Of a stretch of 64,000 bases of DNA, positions 49,841 through 63,957 are shown one piece after another. The notes below the pieces were generated by a model. It was not told where the DNA came from and did no database searches. It was given only the letters and a program-made list of their open reading frames with translations. Position numbers and translations under genes: made by a program. Source of the DNA: Eledone cirrhosa (lineage: Eukaryota). The stretch spans positions 364,560,001 to 364,624,000 of the forward strand of contig OZ024740.1 in NCBI GenBank assembly GCA_964016885.1, in the 5' to 3' direction. Within the stretch, counting starts at the first letter, position 1, and each line of letters starts with the position of its first letter.

Positions 49841-51242
49841 TCTCCCAGCCTTTCATTATCTACTCCCTGTCTGGTGGAGGGCTTTGCTAGCATCCATAAG
49901 GCTTCTAATATGAAATCATGTTTGATATCTTCCTTCCCTCTTGTGGTGCATGTGTTTCTATGGTAACAGCATCTGCATAGAATATATTTGTCATCAAGCC
50001 ATCATACACATCATCCTTTCATCTCCAGAAAATGTACAAGACACTCATGCATGTGTAAATATATTTACACTAAAGTGGTTGGCATTAAGAAGGGCATCGA
50101 GCTGTAGAAACCATGTCTAAATTGGAATGTATATAAGCAAGATGTGGTCCCTAGCCAGTCTAGGAGAACAGTAGCTCCAATTAAATACTTTAATAGCCCA
50201 TCTGACCCATGCTAGCATGGAAAGACAGATATCAAATAATGATGATTATGGTGACATTATTGGACTATCAACTCAAAGGTCTTGTGTTCAAGTCCAGTGC
50301 AGATATTTAGTTATCTACTTCCGTGTGGTGCACTTATTAATTCTACATGCTATAATAGTTGGCCTCATGACTATATCAGATTGTATGGAAATATTATTAG
50401 TTTTAATTTTAAGACCACTATCCTTGTTAGAGCAGGGATTAGCTATGCAGATTTCATGACATGTTTTATACTCATCATGGGGTACTTTTTGAAGTAATAT
50501 TTTACAAACTGATGCTGTTTCTGGCATCTACTCTTTTCATCACCTTAAGTCACCTCAGTCTCCGCTTACGACAGGCAAGGATATGGTTATCTGTCCTAAA
50601 CTACATACTCACATTCATAGATTTATATATAATTCCTACTGCTGAAAACCTGTATTTTCTGTTTAAGTAAAAGCCTTATGTAAGCCTTATGAAGTAAGCC
50701 TTATGAAGAAAAATATATATATTACCTCCTTCAAAACAATCTATTTGTGATTTAGTTACAATTTATTCTATTTTTAATTGTTTTGTGTTTTTTTTTGTTT
50801 TTTTTCCGAATTAATTAATTATTGATAAATATATTGACATAATGACTAAATAGATAATTCCTCCTATGTTACAATGTTTGCTGTTTTATTTTGTTTGATT
50901 GCTACACTTAAAACAGTAAATCCCTGTTACTCTCACAAAGTTTGTGAATCAATATAAACAACTTGCCATAGAAACACTTGTTATAAACACTGCTGTGTAT
51001 GTTTACACACACACACATATACATATAATACAGATATGGTCTAATTTATTTTCTTCTTTGATCATCTTCTTATTCTGTTTTTGTCTAAATAATAATTATA
51101 ATAAAAATTACTGTGTACAGTGCTCAGGTGCACTACAACTCATCAAAGGTGCATGTATAGTACATAGAATAATGTACAAATGTCAGGAAAGTGTATGAGT
51201 CATGATTTACACACAGGTACATGTGTGTGTGTATGGAAGGGG

Positions 51243-51395
51243 AGTATCAGGTGTAGTTTTGGCAAATTTCAAGAAGCATGGAAGTTTTGAAGGATGCAGT
51301 GTCCTGACAGCTAACAACTGATGCAGGTAGTTTGTTCCATGCTTCAGCAACTCTTAGCGTGAAAACATGTTTCTGAAAGTCATGGGAGCTGTATG
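51243..51395 (-). pseudogene. CR1-clade LINE 3' fragment
   Basis: Minus strand reads SSHDFQKHVFTLRVAEAWNKLPASVVSCQDTASFKTSM, matching the CR1 end RxxFFxxRVVxxWNxLPxxVVxAxxxxSFK. Confidence 0.85.
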
Positions 51396-51787
51396 TTTCA
51401 TTGGTCTAACAATCACTAAGCCTATATATTACATAACTCCTTAGTAGCTGAAAGTGGTAAGGCTTAACCCTTTAGCTTTTACATTATTTTATATATTCTA
51501 TTGTATTTTCACGTAAAGTCTTTACCTCACATAATATCTCATATAATACCAAATCTATGAGATTTATTTTGAGAACAATACCTTAACATCAGTATGAGTG
51601 GCCAGTTATGGCCGGTTTGAACAGAAAGAGGTGAGAAATCTGGCCAGATATGGGTGGTTTAAATGCTAAAGAGTTAAGTGAGTGAATGGTTTTCACATAA
51701 AATTATGATAGAATTTTTTTAATTTAAGTAAGAACATTTTAAAAATCAAGAGCAGTTGCAGGTGTGCTGGTATCCAAAGGGTTAAAG

Positions 51788-52090
51788 CAGGGTGGAAAAC
51801 CTTTTAACGCTGGAAGGTCTCATAGAAATTAATTGCCATCCAATGAGTCCTCATTTTGAAAAAAATTTTGTCCTACTAAACTTCAGTTATTTTAGGAAAT
51901 TAATTACAAATTTTAATAAATATAATTTATATTTTTCTACGAGTCATAATTAGCTGCAAAGTTCAACATGAAATAAAATGAACAATGTGAAGGTTTGCCT
52001 TCAAATATTGTGCTTCTTTCAGGCAGTCACAGCAATTTGTCTTGCATCTTTCAAGAAGCTACATGTGGTTTAGGGATGCAGGTTTCTGGC
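51788..52090. mobile_element. Possible decayed hAT (Charlie-like) MITE
   Basis: Starts caggg-tggaaaaccttt and ends aagctacatgtggtttagggatgcaggtttctg, resembling ...gagccgcatgtggctcgcgagccgcaggttgccgacccctg termini. Confidence 0.4.
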
Positions 52091-52429
52091 TTAACCCTTT
52101 AGTATTTACATTACTCTATATTTACTATTATATTTTCATGGTAAACACTTTACCTCACATAATTATCTCACATAATATCAAATCTATGAGATTTTGATAA
52201 TATTTATTTTGAGAACAATACCTTAACATAAGTATGAGCAGCTGGTTATGTCTGGTTTGAAAAGAAAGAGGTGAGAGAATTCTGGTTGGAAATAGCCAGT
52301 TTAAATGCTAAAGGGTTAAACTCTCCTTTATGGTTAAATGTGGTTGCCTTTAAAATGGTAATTTGGAGAATCTGATAAATGGGTTTCATATTTCAGTTTC
52401 TGTATAACTCTTCCTGTCATTTTTCAAGT

Positions 52430-52680
52430 TATGCACTAAACCCTAACTAAATATACCAACCAATTGCTTAACTAACCACTTCCTTTTCATAGCAGTCACT
52501 GTTGAACCTCAGATGTCCTTGGTCCCTACACTGCTGATTTCCTTCATAAAATCAGAAAGACAGTAGCTTGCCTGAGTAAGAAGCCCTGTAAGGTGATGAG
52601 GGTGTTGCCGCAGGTTTCCATAGCCATTCTCCACAGTAATACCATTGCCATTTTGTCCACAGGGTGCAGCTGAAACACCA
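52430..52680 (+). pseudogene. CRE-like RLE-domain C-terminal fragment
   Basis: FIAVTVE/SDVLGPYTADFLHKIRKTVA...QVSIAILHSNTIAILSTGCS*, resembling FxPxAVETxGxxGPxAxxFLxxLGxxLA...QRISIAIQRGNAxxILG; ends cagggtgcagctga as at 17351-17364. Confidence 0.6.
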
Positions 52681-53051
52681 CTGGAGTCTAGAGTCTGTTG
52701 CTTCCTCCCCCCTCTTTTGTTTCTCAATCCTTTCTTCTTACTATTTTTCTTCTTTTCCTTTCTTTTTTGTGTCCTTATTGTCATGTGTATTGTACAGTTT
52801 TCTTTTATCACATTTTCTATCTTCTTTATAGCAGATTGAACAAGAATTAGTAAATAAATATATTTTCAAATTAGATTAATATATACATATATAATATATA
52901 TCAACTAACCAAAAAGTTAGGTATTTAACTATCTTTCAAAATCTCAATTATTTTCAAGATTAACTAGAACTTAGAACTGTGTATTTCATGAAAAATATGT
53001 TTAGGAAAAGTTTAACATACACCCGCTCTCTCTCATTCTCCCTTTCTCTTA

Positions 53052-53082
<31 letters not shown>

Positions 53083-53085
<3 letters not shown>

Positions 53086-53213
53086 GGAACGAGGAGGACC
53101 CCGACAGCTGAGCTCAAGCCGTTTCGACGGCTAATTCTGGACTAAATGATTTAGTCCAGAATTAGCCGTCGAAACGGCTTGAGCTCAGCCGTCGGGGTCC
53201 TACTCGTTCCTAT
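53083..53213. repeat. 131-bp near-perfect palindrome (65-bp arms, 2 mismatches, 1-nt centre)
   Basis: ataggaacgaggaggaccccg...ctggactaaat-g-atttagtccag...cggggtcctactcgttcctat. Confidence 0.95.
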
Positions 53214-53290
53214 TACCCACTCTACTACCCTAAGTATTGAGTACTTTGGTGCGTTATGGTCCACCTGGTTCCTTACCACATTTCCTTCGT

Positions 53291-53377
<87 letters not shown>

Positions 53378-53517
53378 TTCTTTTTTCTTTACACAATCAA
53401 CAAGATCCCAGACCTCATTCGCTTATCAAGTGGAATGGAACTCATCAAATTGGAGCAAAGAAACAATGTTTCCATTGGTCTTTCCAATGCTGATACTATC
53501 TGCAAGTTGCAACTCCT

Positions 53518-53564
<47 letters not shown>

Positions 53565-54679
53565 GTGTGTGTGTTATACTGTTCCCCTGTGTAAGGTTGT
53601 TAGCTATTTCTGCTCCACTTACCTTGTAGCAGGTAAGGAATGATCTGGTTGCAGAATGCCAAACTAATTGGTAACTGATAAACTAATCTTCTCATCTATT
53701 GTCCTGGGATTAACTTCTCTCACACATCCTACTTCAACTTGAACTCCTTTTCTCTTTTTACACACACACACACACACACATATACATACACTGTGTCGTT
53801 GTATTCCTTGCACACAGTGTGTGTGTGTGAGCATTTGTTCAACTAAGTGTTTTGTCAATGATAGCTATATAATGGGGAAATTGCAATAGCTAAACAGTTT
53901 AGGTTACAGAGAGATTAGATAGTTTGAAACAGAATAGATAAACAAGCTCAGTGTTTCAATTGGGGCTTAGAATGACGAGGCTCAATTACATTAAAATCAG
54001 AAAACTTAATTCAGTATGTTAGTTTTCTGAATTCTTGCTACATCCTTTGCTGCTTTCAATAATCTAACAATATAAATCCTATCTGCTGCTGTTAACTAAA
54101 AAATGAATGCAAATTTAACTGTGTGGTTGGCAGTAAATAGAAAGTGTTTAAATTTAACCCTTTCGTTAGTACATTTCTAATGAAGACACTGCCTATGATT
54201 AGAAAGTGTTTAGATTTAACCCTTTTGTTAGTACTGAAGACACTGCTTTATGATTTTTCAATTTTGAAGATAATCACGAATTTTTAAGTCATCATTTGGA
54301 ATGTAACTTAATATTCTTACATAAATTTATAACGGAGGGTTTTTAAATAAATATAATAAACACTTTAACCTTTTCATTACATTTATAACGAAAGACACTG
54401 TCTATGGTTTTCAAATTTTGAACATAATCAAGAATTTGAAGGAATTTGGTAATATAACTTACTTATTTTTAAGGTAGTGTTTTGGAACATAGCAATAGTT
54501 CTTACATAAAACTATGATGGAGGGTTTTTAGATAAATATTAATGTTGTAAAATAACAGTTTAGTATCAGAGAATCAATGTGGTTGGTATCAAAACCCTGG
54601 CAACTGTTGCTGAGTCATTAGAAAATGAATAAAAGAACCTTGATACACTACTTTGATCATCTATAAATAAAGATTAGTA

Positions 54680-54900
54680 ACATTTGAACTCGCAACCCCA
54701 CATTTGAACTCACGACTCCACATTTGAACTCACAACTCCACATTTGAACTCACAACCCCACATTTGAATTCACAACCCCACATTTGAACTCACAACCCCG
54801 CATTTGAGCTCACGACTCCACATTTGAACTCACAACCCCACATTTGAACTCACAACCCCACATTTGAACTCACGACCCCACATTTGAACTCACAACCCTA
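54680..54900. repeat. 20-bp minisatellite, 11 copies
   Basis: Unit CATTTGAACTCACAACCCCA. Confidence 0.95.
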
Positions 54901-55899
54901 CTAGTTTTTATTAATAACATTTTCAACTCCGATGTGAAGAGTAGGCTTTTAGTTACTCCTTTAAGATTTTATCTACAGAAATTTGTTTCACTATTTGAAA
55001 TTCTATGACTGTCTGTCACCATTTTATTAAGTTAACATGGCGATGTAGTGACAAGCATTTTCAAACAATGCCTGCTAATGCAGCAGTTAGCCTTGCAAGC
55101 CTCATGACAAGCTTAACTTTTTAAACACCAGCCTACATAAAACGGCTTCTATTAACCCTTTCATAACTGCATTTCTAATGAAATACACTCTATTTTAATT
55201 AATTGATGAAGAATTTCAAGGGATTTACTAAAATTATTAATCATTTCATTAGTAAGATAGTAACTTAATGTAAGGTTCTTATATAAAATAATGTTGGAAG
55301 ATTTAAAATTAAATTGGAAACATTTAAAATTGGTGGTTTTATTTCATAGAACCAGTGCCAGTTTTGGCTGGGTTGGTAACTAGAGGGTTAAAGGGTTCAA
55401 ATTTGAATTCAAACCTTTGACTGGAATCTCATTATTACATGACAGATAATATTAGAGTTCAGTGGTTGGATATTTGTTCTTCATTATTATTAAATTGAAA
55501 GCAGATTACTTTTATTAAATCTCATAATTCTTGATTATTTTGATAATTAAAACACAAAGGGAGTGTATATTCTTGTTAGAAATATCGACTAAAAATAGGT
55601 TTATCATACTCATCATGTAATCCTTTCTGAAGTAATGCTTTATGGCTGGATCAAACAACATGGTATTGTTGACAGAATACTGTCATAATATGTAGAGTAA
55701 GCATATTAAATCATGTTAAGCAGGTCTGTATTATATTGTGTTGTGGTTCACATCTTATCATGTTCAGGTCTGTATTATATTGTGTTGTGGTTCATATTTT
55801 ATCATGTTCGGCAGGTCTCTGTTATATCATGTATAGGTTCATATTAGATTGTGTTTGGCTTCATATTATATTGTGTTCAGTTTCATATTATATTGTGTT

Positions 55900-58800
55900 C
55901 AGTTTCATATTATATCATGCTCAGGTCTCTATTGTATCATGTTCAGGACTCTATTATATCATGTTCAGGTCTATAACATATCATGTTCAGGTGTATATCA
56001 TATCATGTTCAGGTGTATAACATATCATGTTCAGGACTCTATTATATCATGTTCAGGACTCTATTATATCATGTTCAGGTCTATAACATATCATGTTCAG
56101 GTGTATATCATATCATGTTCAGGTCTATAACATATCATGTTCAGGTGTATATCATATCATGTTCAGGTCTATAACATATCATGTTCAGGTGTATATCATA
56201 TCATGTTTAGGTGTATAACATATCATGTTCAGGTGTATAAGATATCATGTTCAAGTGTATATCATATCATGTTCAGGTGTATATCATATCGTGTTCAGGT
56301 GTATATCATATGTTCAGGTGTATATCATATCATGTTCAGGTTTATATCATATCATGTTCAGGTGTATATCATATCATGTTCAGGTGTATATCATATCATG
56401 TTCAGGTGTATATCATATCATGTTCAGTTGTATAACATATCATGTTTAGGTGTATATCATATCATGTTCAGGTTTATATCATATCATGTTCAGGTGTATA
56501 TCATATCATGTTCAGGTGTATATCATATCATGTTCAGGTGTATATCATATCATGTTCAGGTGTATATCATATCATGTTCAGTTGTATAACATATCATGTT
56601 CAGGTTTATATCATATCATGTTCAGGTGTATATCATATCATGTTCAGGTGTATATCATATCATGTTCAGGTGTATATCATATCATGTTCAGGTTTATATC
56701 ATATCATGTTCAGGTGTATATCATATCATGTTCAGGTGTATATCATATCATGTTCAGTTGTATAACATATGTTCAGTTGTATAACATATCATGTTCAGGT
56801 TTATATCATATCATGTTCAGGTGTATATCATATCATGTTCAGGTGTATATCATATCATGTTCAGGTTTATATCATATCATGTTCAGGTGTATATCATATC
56901 ATGTTCAGGTGTATATCATATCATGTTCAGTTGTATAACATATCATGTTCAGTTGTATAACATATCATGTTCAGGTGTATATCATATCATTTTCAGGTGT
57001 ATAACATATCATGTTCAGGTGTATATCATATCATGTTCAGGTGTATATCATATCATGTTCAGGTGTATATCATATCATGTTCAGTTGTATAACATATCAT
57101 GTTCAGGTTTATATCATATCATGTTCAGGTGTATATCATATCATGTTCAGGTGTATATCATATCATGTTCAGTTGTATAACATATGTTCAGTTGTATAAC
57201 ATATCATGTTCAGGTTTATATCATATCATGTTCAGGTGTATATCATATCATGTTCAGGTGTATATCATATCATGTTCAGGTGTATATCATATCATGTTCA
57301 GGTGTATATCATATCATGTTCAGTTGTATAACATATCATGTTCTGGTTTATATCATATCATGTTCAGGTGTATATCATATCATGTTCAGGTGTATATCAT
57401 ATCATGTTCAGGTTTATATCATATCATGTTCAGGTGTATATCATATCATGTTCAATTGTATAACATATGTTCAGTTGTATAACATATCATGTTCAGGTTT
57501 ATATCATATCATGTTCAGGTGTATATCATATCATGTTCAGGTGTATATCATATGTTCAGGTTTATATCATATCATGTTCAGTTGTATAACATATCATGTT
57601 CAGGTGTATATCATATCATTTTCAGGTGTATAACATATCATGTTCAGGTGTATATCATATGTTCAGGTGTATATCATATCATGTTCAGGTGTATATCATA
57701 TCATGTTCAGGTGTATATCATATCATTTTCAGGTGTATAACATATCATGTTCAGGTGTATATCATATGTTCAGGTCTATATCATATCATGTTCAGGTGTA
57801 TATCATATCATGTTCAGGTGTATATCATATCATTTTCAGGTGTATAACATATCATGTTCAGGTCTATATCATATCATGTTCAGGTGTATAAGATATCATG
57901 TTCAGGTGTATATCATATCATGTTCAGGTTTATATCATATCATGTTCAGGTCTATAACATATCATGTTCAGTTGTATAACATATCATGTTCAGGTGTATA
58001 TCATATCATGTTCAGGTGTATATCATATGTTCAGGTGTATATCATATCATTTTCAGGTGTATAACATATCGTGTTCAGGTGTATATCATATGTTCAGGTC
58101 TATAGCATATCATGTTTAGGTGCATAACATATCATGTTCAGGTGTATATCATATCATGTTCAGGTCTATAACATATCATGTTCAGGTGTATATCATATCA
58201 TGTTCAGGTGTATATCATATCATGTTCAGGTCTATAACATATGTTCAGGTCTATATCATATCATGTTCAGGTCTATAGCATATCGTGTTCAGGTGTATAT
58301 CATATCATGTTCAGGTGTATATCATATCATGTTCAGGTCTATAACATATCATGTTCAGGTGTATATCATATCATGTTCAGGTGTATATCATATCATGTTC
58401 AGGTGTATATCATATCATTTTCATGTGTTTAACATATCGTGTTCAGGTGTATATCATATGTTCAGGTGTATATCATATCGTGTTCAGGTGTATATCATAT
58501 CATGTTCAGGTGTATATCATATCATTTTCATGTGTTTAACATATCGTGTTCAGGTGTATATCATATGTTCAGGTGTATATCATATCGTGTTCAGGTGTAT
58601 ATCATGTTCAGGTGTATATCATATCATGTTCAGGTGTATAACATATCATGTTCAGGTGTATAACATATCATGTTCAGGACTCTATTATATCATGTTCAAG
58701 TCTATAAGATATCATGTTCAGGTCTATATCATATCATGTTCAGGTCTATAGCATATCGTGTTCAGGTGTATATCATATCATGTTCAGGTGTATAACATAT

Positions 58801-59155
58801 CATGTTCAGGTCTATAACATATCATGTTCAGGTGTATATCATATCATGTTCAGGTCTATATCATATCATGTTCAGGTCTATAGCATATCATGTTCAGGTT
58901 TATATCATATCATGTTCAGGTCTATAAGATATCATGTTCAGGTGTATATCATATCATGTTCAGGTGTATATCATATCATGTTCAGGTTTATATCATATCA
59001 TGTTTAGGTGCATATCATATCATGTTCAGGTGTATATCATATCATGTTCAGGTGTATATCATATCATGTTCAGGTGTATATCATATGTTCAGGTGTATAT
59101 CATATGTTCAGGTGTATATCATATCGTGTTCAGGTGTATATCATATCATGTTCAG
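55900..59155. repeat. 22-bp satellite array (~3.2 kb, roughly 150 units), degenerate lead-in from ~55700
   Basis: Unit CATATCATGTTCAGGTGTATAT, with 17-bp variants lacking one ATATC. Confidence 0.97.
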
Positions 59156-61254
59156 TTCTGTATTATTCCATGTTCATGTCTATATATTTTGTTCCAGTCC
59201 ATTAGAAAACTCAATGTTTTATTGACTTATGAGTAAGATAAAAGATGCATCCAAATGAGAGAAAATTACAGTAGAATGCAGCCCATTTTATCTTTCCTTA
59301 CTGGGTGTTGATAACCAAGAAATCATTGACATTTGATTTGTTTCTGTACTTGAAAAGATATCAAGTTCAAGTGACTACTTAAAAGACAATCATATTTGAC
59401 CATAAGTGGCAATTGAAGATTAACTAACAAGAATTATCATCTCTTTAAGCACTTGAATAAGTACTGGATTAAACAAAAACAATCAAACAATCAAATTTAA
59501 AAAAATAAGAAGAAATCCTTGAGTATTTATTAAGTAATTTTAATATTGGTGGATTAGCAGAATTGTTAAGGAGTTGAATAAAATTCTTTACAGTGTTTAG
59601 TTATGGTTCTTTACTTTTGGAGTTCAAAACCTGCCATGATCACGTTTGATTTTCTTCCTTCTATGGTCAATAAAAGAAAGTAGCACTCAAATACTGGGTT
59701 CTGTGTAATAGACTTTCCTCTCCCCATAAAATTGCTAGCCTTGTGTCTAGATTAGAAACCAGTTTTATACTTTATCTTTGCATTATGTAGCAATGATGAG
59801 CAGTTCCATTGCAGCCTCTCCTCGTCCCCGCACCAATAGCTCACCCTTTGAAATCCTACTCCCTCCTATAATATATACACACCTAGAGCCCTAACCCTGC
59901 CTATAATATATGTATACTTTGAACCCTAAAACTTATCCCTTCCTATTATATATATATATATATATATATATTTGGAGCTCTAAAAAAACCTATCATTTAT
60001 AGGTTCGAGTGGACAGTTCAGTTGTGTCAAGAGTAACACAACCTCTCCAGTGTTGGAGACAATAAATGTATCCAATACACTTTGTAAAATGGTTGGTGAT
60101 AGTAAGGGCATCTAGCCATAGAAAACTTGCCACTCTTCAGTTGTGTCAAAGACATGACAACCTCCCTAGTGCTTGATAAAATCCACTCAACACACTCTGA
60201 AGAATGCAGGAACATATGTAAGCATGATGCAGTCCTCCAGTTTGTTTGAGGGGTCATTAGCTCCAATTAAGTACTGACTTGCTCCTGGCTAGAAGGGAAA
60301 TTGGATATAAAATGATAGTGATGATGATGATACTTAGAGCCTTGAAACCATGCCGCTGCTGTGTTCTGAGTTGGCTAACATCACTGCTACCTGTTAATTT
60401 TCTTCTCACCTATTTCTTAAACACATAATTAATAAAAACAGATGACATATCTTTAATAATGGCATCTTCTGCACCCATCATTTATTCATTACAGCTGTAC
60501 TTCTATAGTGTGTGTTTGTGTGTGTACACCTCCCATATCTTACACCGCCACACACTAAGAAAGGAAGAGAGACAGCTTTATAATGCTTACTGCAATAATT
60601 TAGATATATATATATGTGGGTGTGTATCTCTCTTCCACTATCTCCCTCCTCCCACTCTCTCTCTCTCTCTCCTCTACCTTCTCTCTTTCCCACCCTCCTA
60701 CATGTATGTGAGTCAATGTGTGTCTTCTCATTTAACATCGTCCATGCCATCAAAATTCATGGCTATAATAAAATATATATATATCAACTCCACTCATCTA
60801 TTGAGTTATGTATCTCCTGCTTGTGCAACCAAGCTTATATCATCATCATCATCATCATCATCATCATTTTACACTTGCTTTCCATACTGGCATGGGTTGG
60901 TTGGGTTGTCATGATCCAAGACCAGATGGGTCAAATCAACCTGTCTTGCTCATACATTCCATATTTGGCAAGGTCCATATGGTTGGATTCTTGTCCTAAC
61001 AACAATCACTGGAAAGATTGTTACATGGTTATCCAGACTAAAAGGTCTTCTCAAACCCTATATTGTCTCCATTCACCAACATGATATATAACCTCCAGTC
61101 TCTCACTACATTTACTTTAAGAGGATGGATCTTTTACAGGTGGACAGGTCTTCTGTATTCTGACATGATTTTCTCTTGGCTCTAAAGGTCAGAAGTATCA
61201 ATACTTGGAGAGTTTGGAGCCTGGGAAATGAGAAAAATGCTAGTTTTGTGAAAC

Positions 61255-61724
61255 CCACACATCCAGTCTCTTGTACCAAACTGCATCACACAGACATTGG
61301 AGGACTTCCTGCTAGTATTCCTTTGTAACTGCTTGTATTTGTTGTGTACAACTTCGGTAGTTGAAGAAAACAGTCAACATATATTTTATTTTGTTCCACA
61401 CGACATGGTATTGGGGTCTTTGTGACATTAGATATTTCCATTGTGATGATTGAGCTTTGGTTTCTGGGTTATACCTGTACACCCACATATATCCAGTTAT
61501 CATGGTATTCGGGAACTGAGGATCCTCATTGGTAGAAAATGTGATTAGTAAGTAGTGCAGCACCTTACATGCTGGTTACCTAACACTGACTGATGCACCC
61601 AACTCACCAGAATATACATGCTCATGATTGCATGCAGCTTCACTCTGTACACTTTTGTCTTCTTAATTTCATTACTTTCTGCAGGTAAAAATAAAGTTGA
61701 ATATTTTTTTTTAATAGACCTCAT
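61255..61724 (-). mobile_element. Mariner DNA transposon remnant (TIR and transposase fragment)
   Basis: EDPQFPNTMITG..WVYRYNPETKAQSSQWK...KIKYMLTVFFNYR...VTKEY*QEVLQCLCDAVWYKR (mariner first catalytic-D region, cf. TGDETWVYxYDPETKQQSSQW); TIR-like TATGAGGTCTATT at 61712-61724. Confidence 0.85.
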
Positions 61725-63490
61725 AGCTATCTATATATGTGTGTGTGAGTGATTATTCATATATATTACATCAACACTTTAGAAGAGTTTCGTGACTGTA
61801 TATGATGACAATGATGATAATAATTTAGGCACCAGTCTAGCAAATTTGGGGAGGAGCAAGTCAGTCAAATCAACCCCAGTACTTTATTTTATTGACATCG
61901 AAATGATTAATGGCAAAATTGACCTTGGTAGGATTTGAACTATGTAAAGAGCTGGACAAATACTGCAAAGCATTTTGTCCAATGCTCTAGTAATTCTACC
62001 AGTCTGCAGTCCTAATAACGGTTTCTGATTTAGGCACAATGCCAACAATTTGGGGAGAAGGGGAAAGTCAATTAAATCAACCCCGTTATTTTGTTTATAC
62101 TTTATTTTATCGACCTCAGAATGATTAATGGCAAAACTAACCATGGCAGGATTTGAACTCAGAATGTAAAGAACTGGAAAAAACTACTGCAAAGCATTTT
62201 GTCCGATGCTATAAGGATTCTAGCAATGTCTAGTCATAATAATAATAATAAACAAGTACCTTTGTTTTCTTCGCAGTGGATGATAGATTAGAAAAATATT
62301 TCAATATTAATAGAACTTGGAACAATGTGCATGAGGGACCAGAAGTATTTCATTGTAGTAAAAACATTTTAGAAGAATATGTGCATGTCTTTGTGCATTT
62401 GTGTGTATGTGTATGTTTACAGCTGTGTGTGTGTGTGTATGCATGTGTGAGTATCTGTGTATTTATGCATTTGTATGTGTGTTTGTGTGTGTGCCATGCA
62501 CATGCATTTGTGTCTTCTTTACTTCTCTGTGTGTATGTGTGTGCGTGCATGTGCGTGCGTGCTAATATCTCAGAAACAGATGTTGCAATTGATGAATGTA
62601 TATAATTTTTCCACCTCTGTGTGCGTGTGTGTAATGCAACAAACGAAAGCCATCCGATTGTTGAAGAATTGTTAAATGAAGTTGGCAAGTTAACAACAGA
62701 TGGTCATAAATATCTCCTGTTAATATGTACATGCACATACACATACATACTTAACACACACATGTACTCATATACACACATACTCATATACATACATACT
62801 CATACATAGAAACACATACACAGAAACTTACACATGCATGCACATATACACACACACATATATACATAAACACACACACACACACACTCACTCACAAAAA
62901 TGTTCATACTAATACACAGGTACAAATACATACAAATATATTGGCTTTACGTAAAATAGAATCATCATCATCATCATAATGTACATTTCAATTTCCATTT
63001 ATTTTGTGGAGTTATTCCTCAGGAATCTAACAGTGAAAGACTGAAGAGCCTAAAAAGTGAACAAATTGCTGTCACTAACTGTTTGTTGATTCCTTATCAT
63101 ACTGACTAGAGTCATTTGTTGTTACATATACTGCTTTTAGTTAGATGGCCATTTGAGATAGCCTCGCTGTGTGGACACTACATCTATATAGCTCTTTCTG
63201 AAGTTAGCATATCCTAGACAACGTTGAGCAGACTATCGTGTTTTTAGCCTTGAGTAATGCAAGGGGTGTCTCATTTATATCTGACCAAACTTTAAACATG
63301 TTAAGTGAATCTGCTTAAATTGGATTTGATGATAGCTTGCAGCTTAGTGAAATCTCTTCATCTCTTCGACTTAACGCTATTTGTTTTAATTGTGCCCATT
63401 ATGCTTTAATGTCAATAGAAATAAACACAAATCATAAATTAATCTGGTGAAATTCAGCATTCGCCGTGCCTATCATTTTCTCGTTCTGTC

Positions 63491-63543
<53 letters not shown>

Positions 63544-63890
63544 ATCATCATTTCATTTTACGTCCACTTTTCCCTGCTTGCAAGGGTGGGACGGGAACTG
63601 ATTCTGGCTTGATTTCTACAGCTGGTGGTCCTTCCTAACACCAAACTCATTTACAGTGAGTGCTGGGTGCTTTTTTGCCGTGGCACCTCCACGACCACTT
63701 TGCAGTGGAATGATAGGGACCCCAGTCCCTATCATCTCATTTCTACAGCTGAGTAAACTGGAGCAACGTGAAATAAAGTGTCTTGCTCAAGGAAACAACA
63801 CATCACCCAGTCTGAGAATTGAACTCACAACCTTACTACCATGACTGAACCATAACCATCTACTAAGTCAGGGTATGTCATGCATCATCT

Positions 63891-63957
63891 TATTTTATCT
63901 GATGAGGATGTACTGTTGAAGATAGCTCAGTAGCTCTGAAATATGTATAATAAAATA
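63891..63957 (+). ncRNA. Minimal type I hammerhead ribozyme motif, homologous to 42273-42338
   Basis: TATTTTAT-CTGATGA-[GGA tg TACTG..CAGTA gc TCT]-GAAA-TATGTA-TA-ATAAAATA. Confidence 0.75.

Noticed and set aside
48950-49913. Cys-rich ORFs (CPNQCRCHSV) resembling metallothionein or keratin-associated proteins
   Set aside because: The 26-27 bp unit is read similarly in all frames with no frame preservation; minisatellite artefact
55736-59236. Dozens of ORFs with repeating MFRCISYHVQVYIISCSGVYHI
   Set aside because: Translation of the 22-bp satellite in rotating frames; not a gene. Not a CRISPR array either, as there are no unique spacers
62277-62345. Possible plus-strand exon after tttgttttcttcgcag (DDRLEKYFNINRTWNNVHEGPE)
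   Set aside because: Good acceptor but weak donor, no recognisable homology and no partner exons
63029-63084. Hammerhead-like CTGAAGAG...GAAC...GTC
   Set aside because: GAAA core is broken, and stem II and stem I pair poorly; at best a decayed relic
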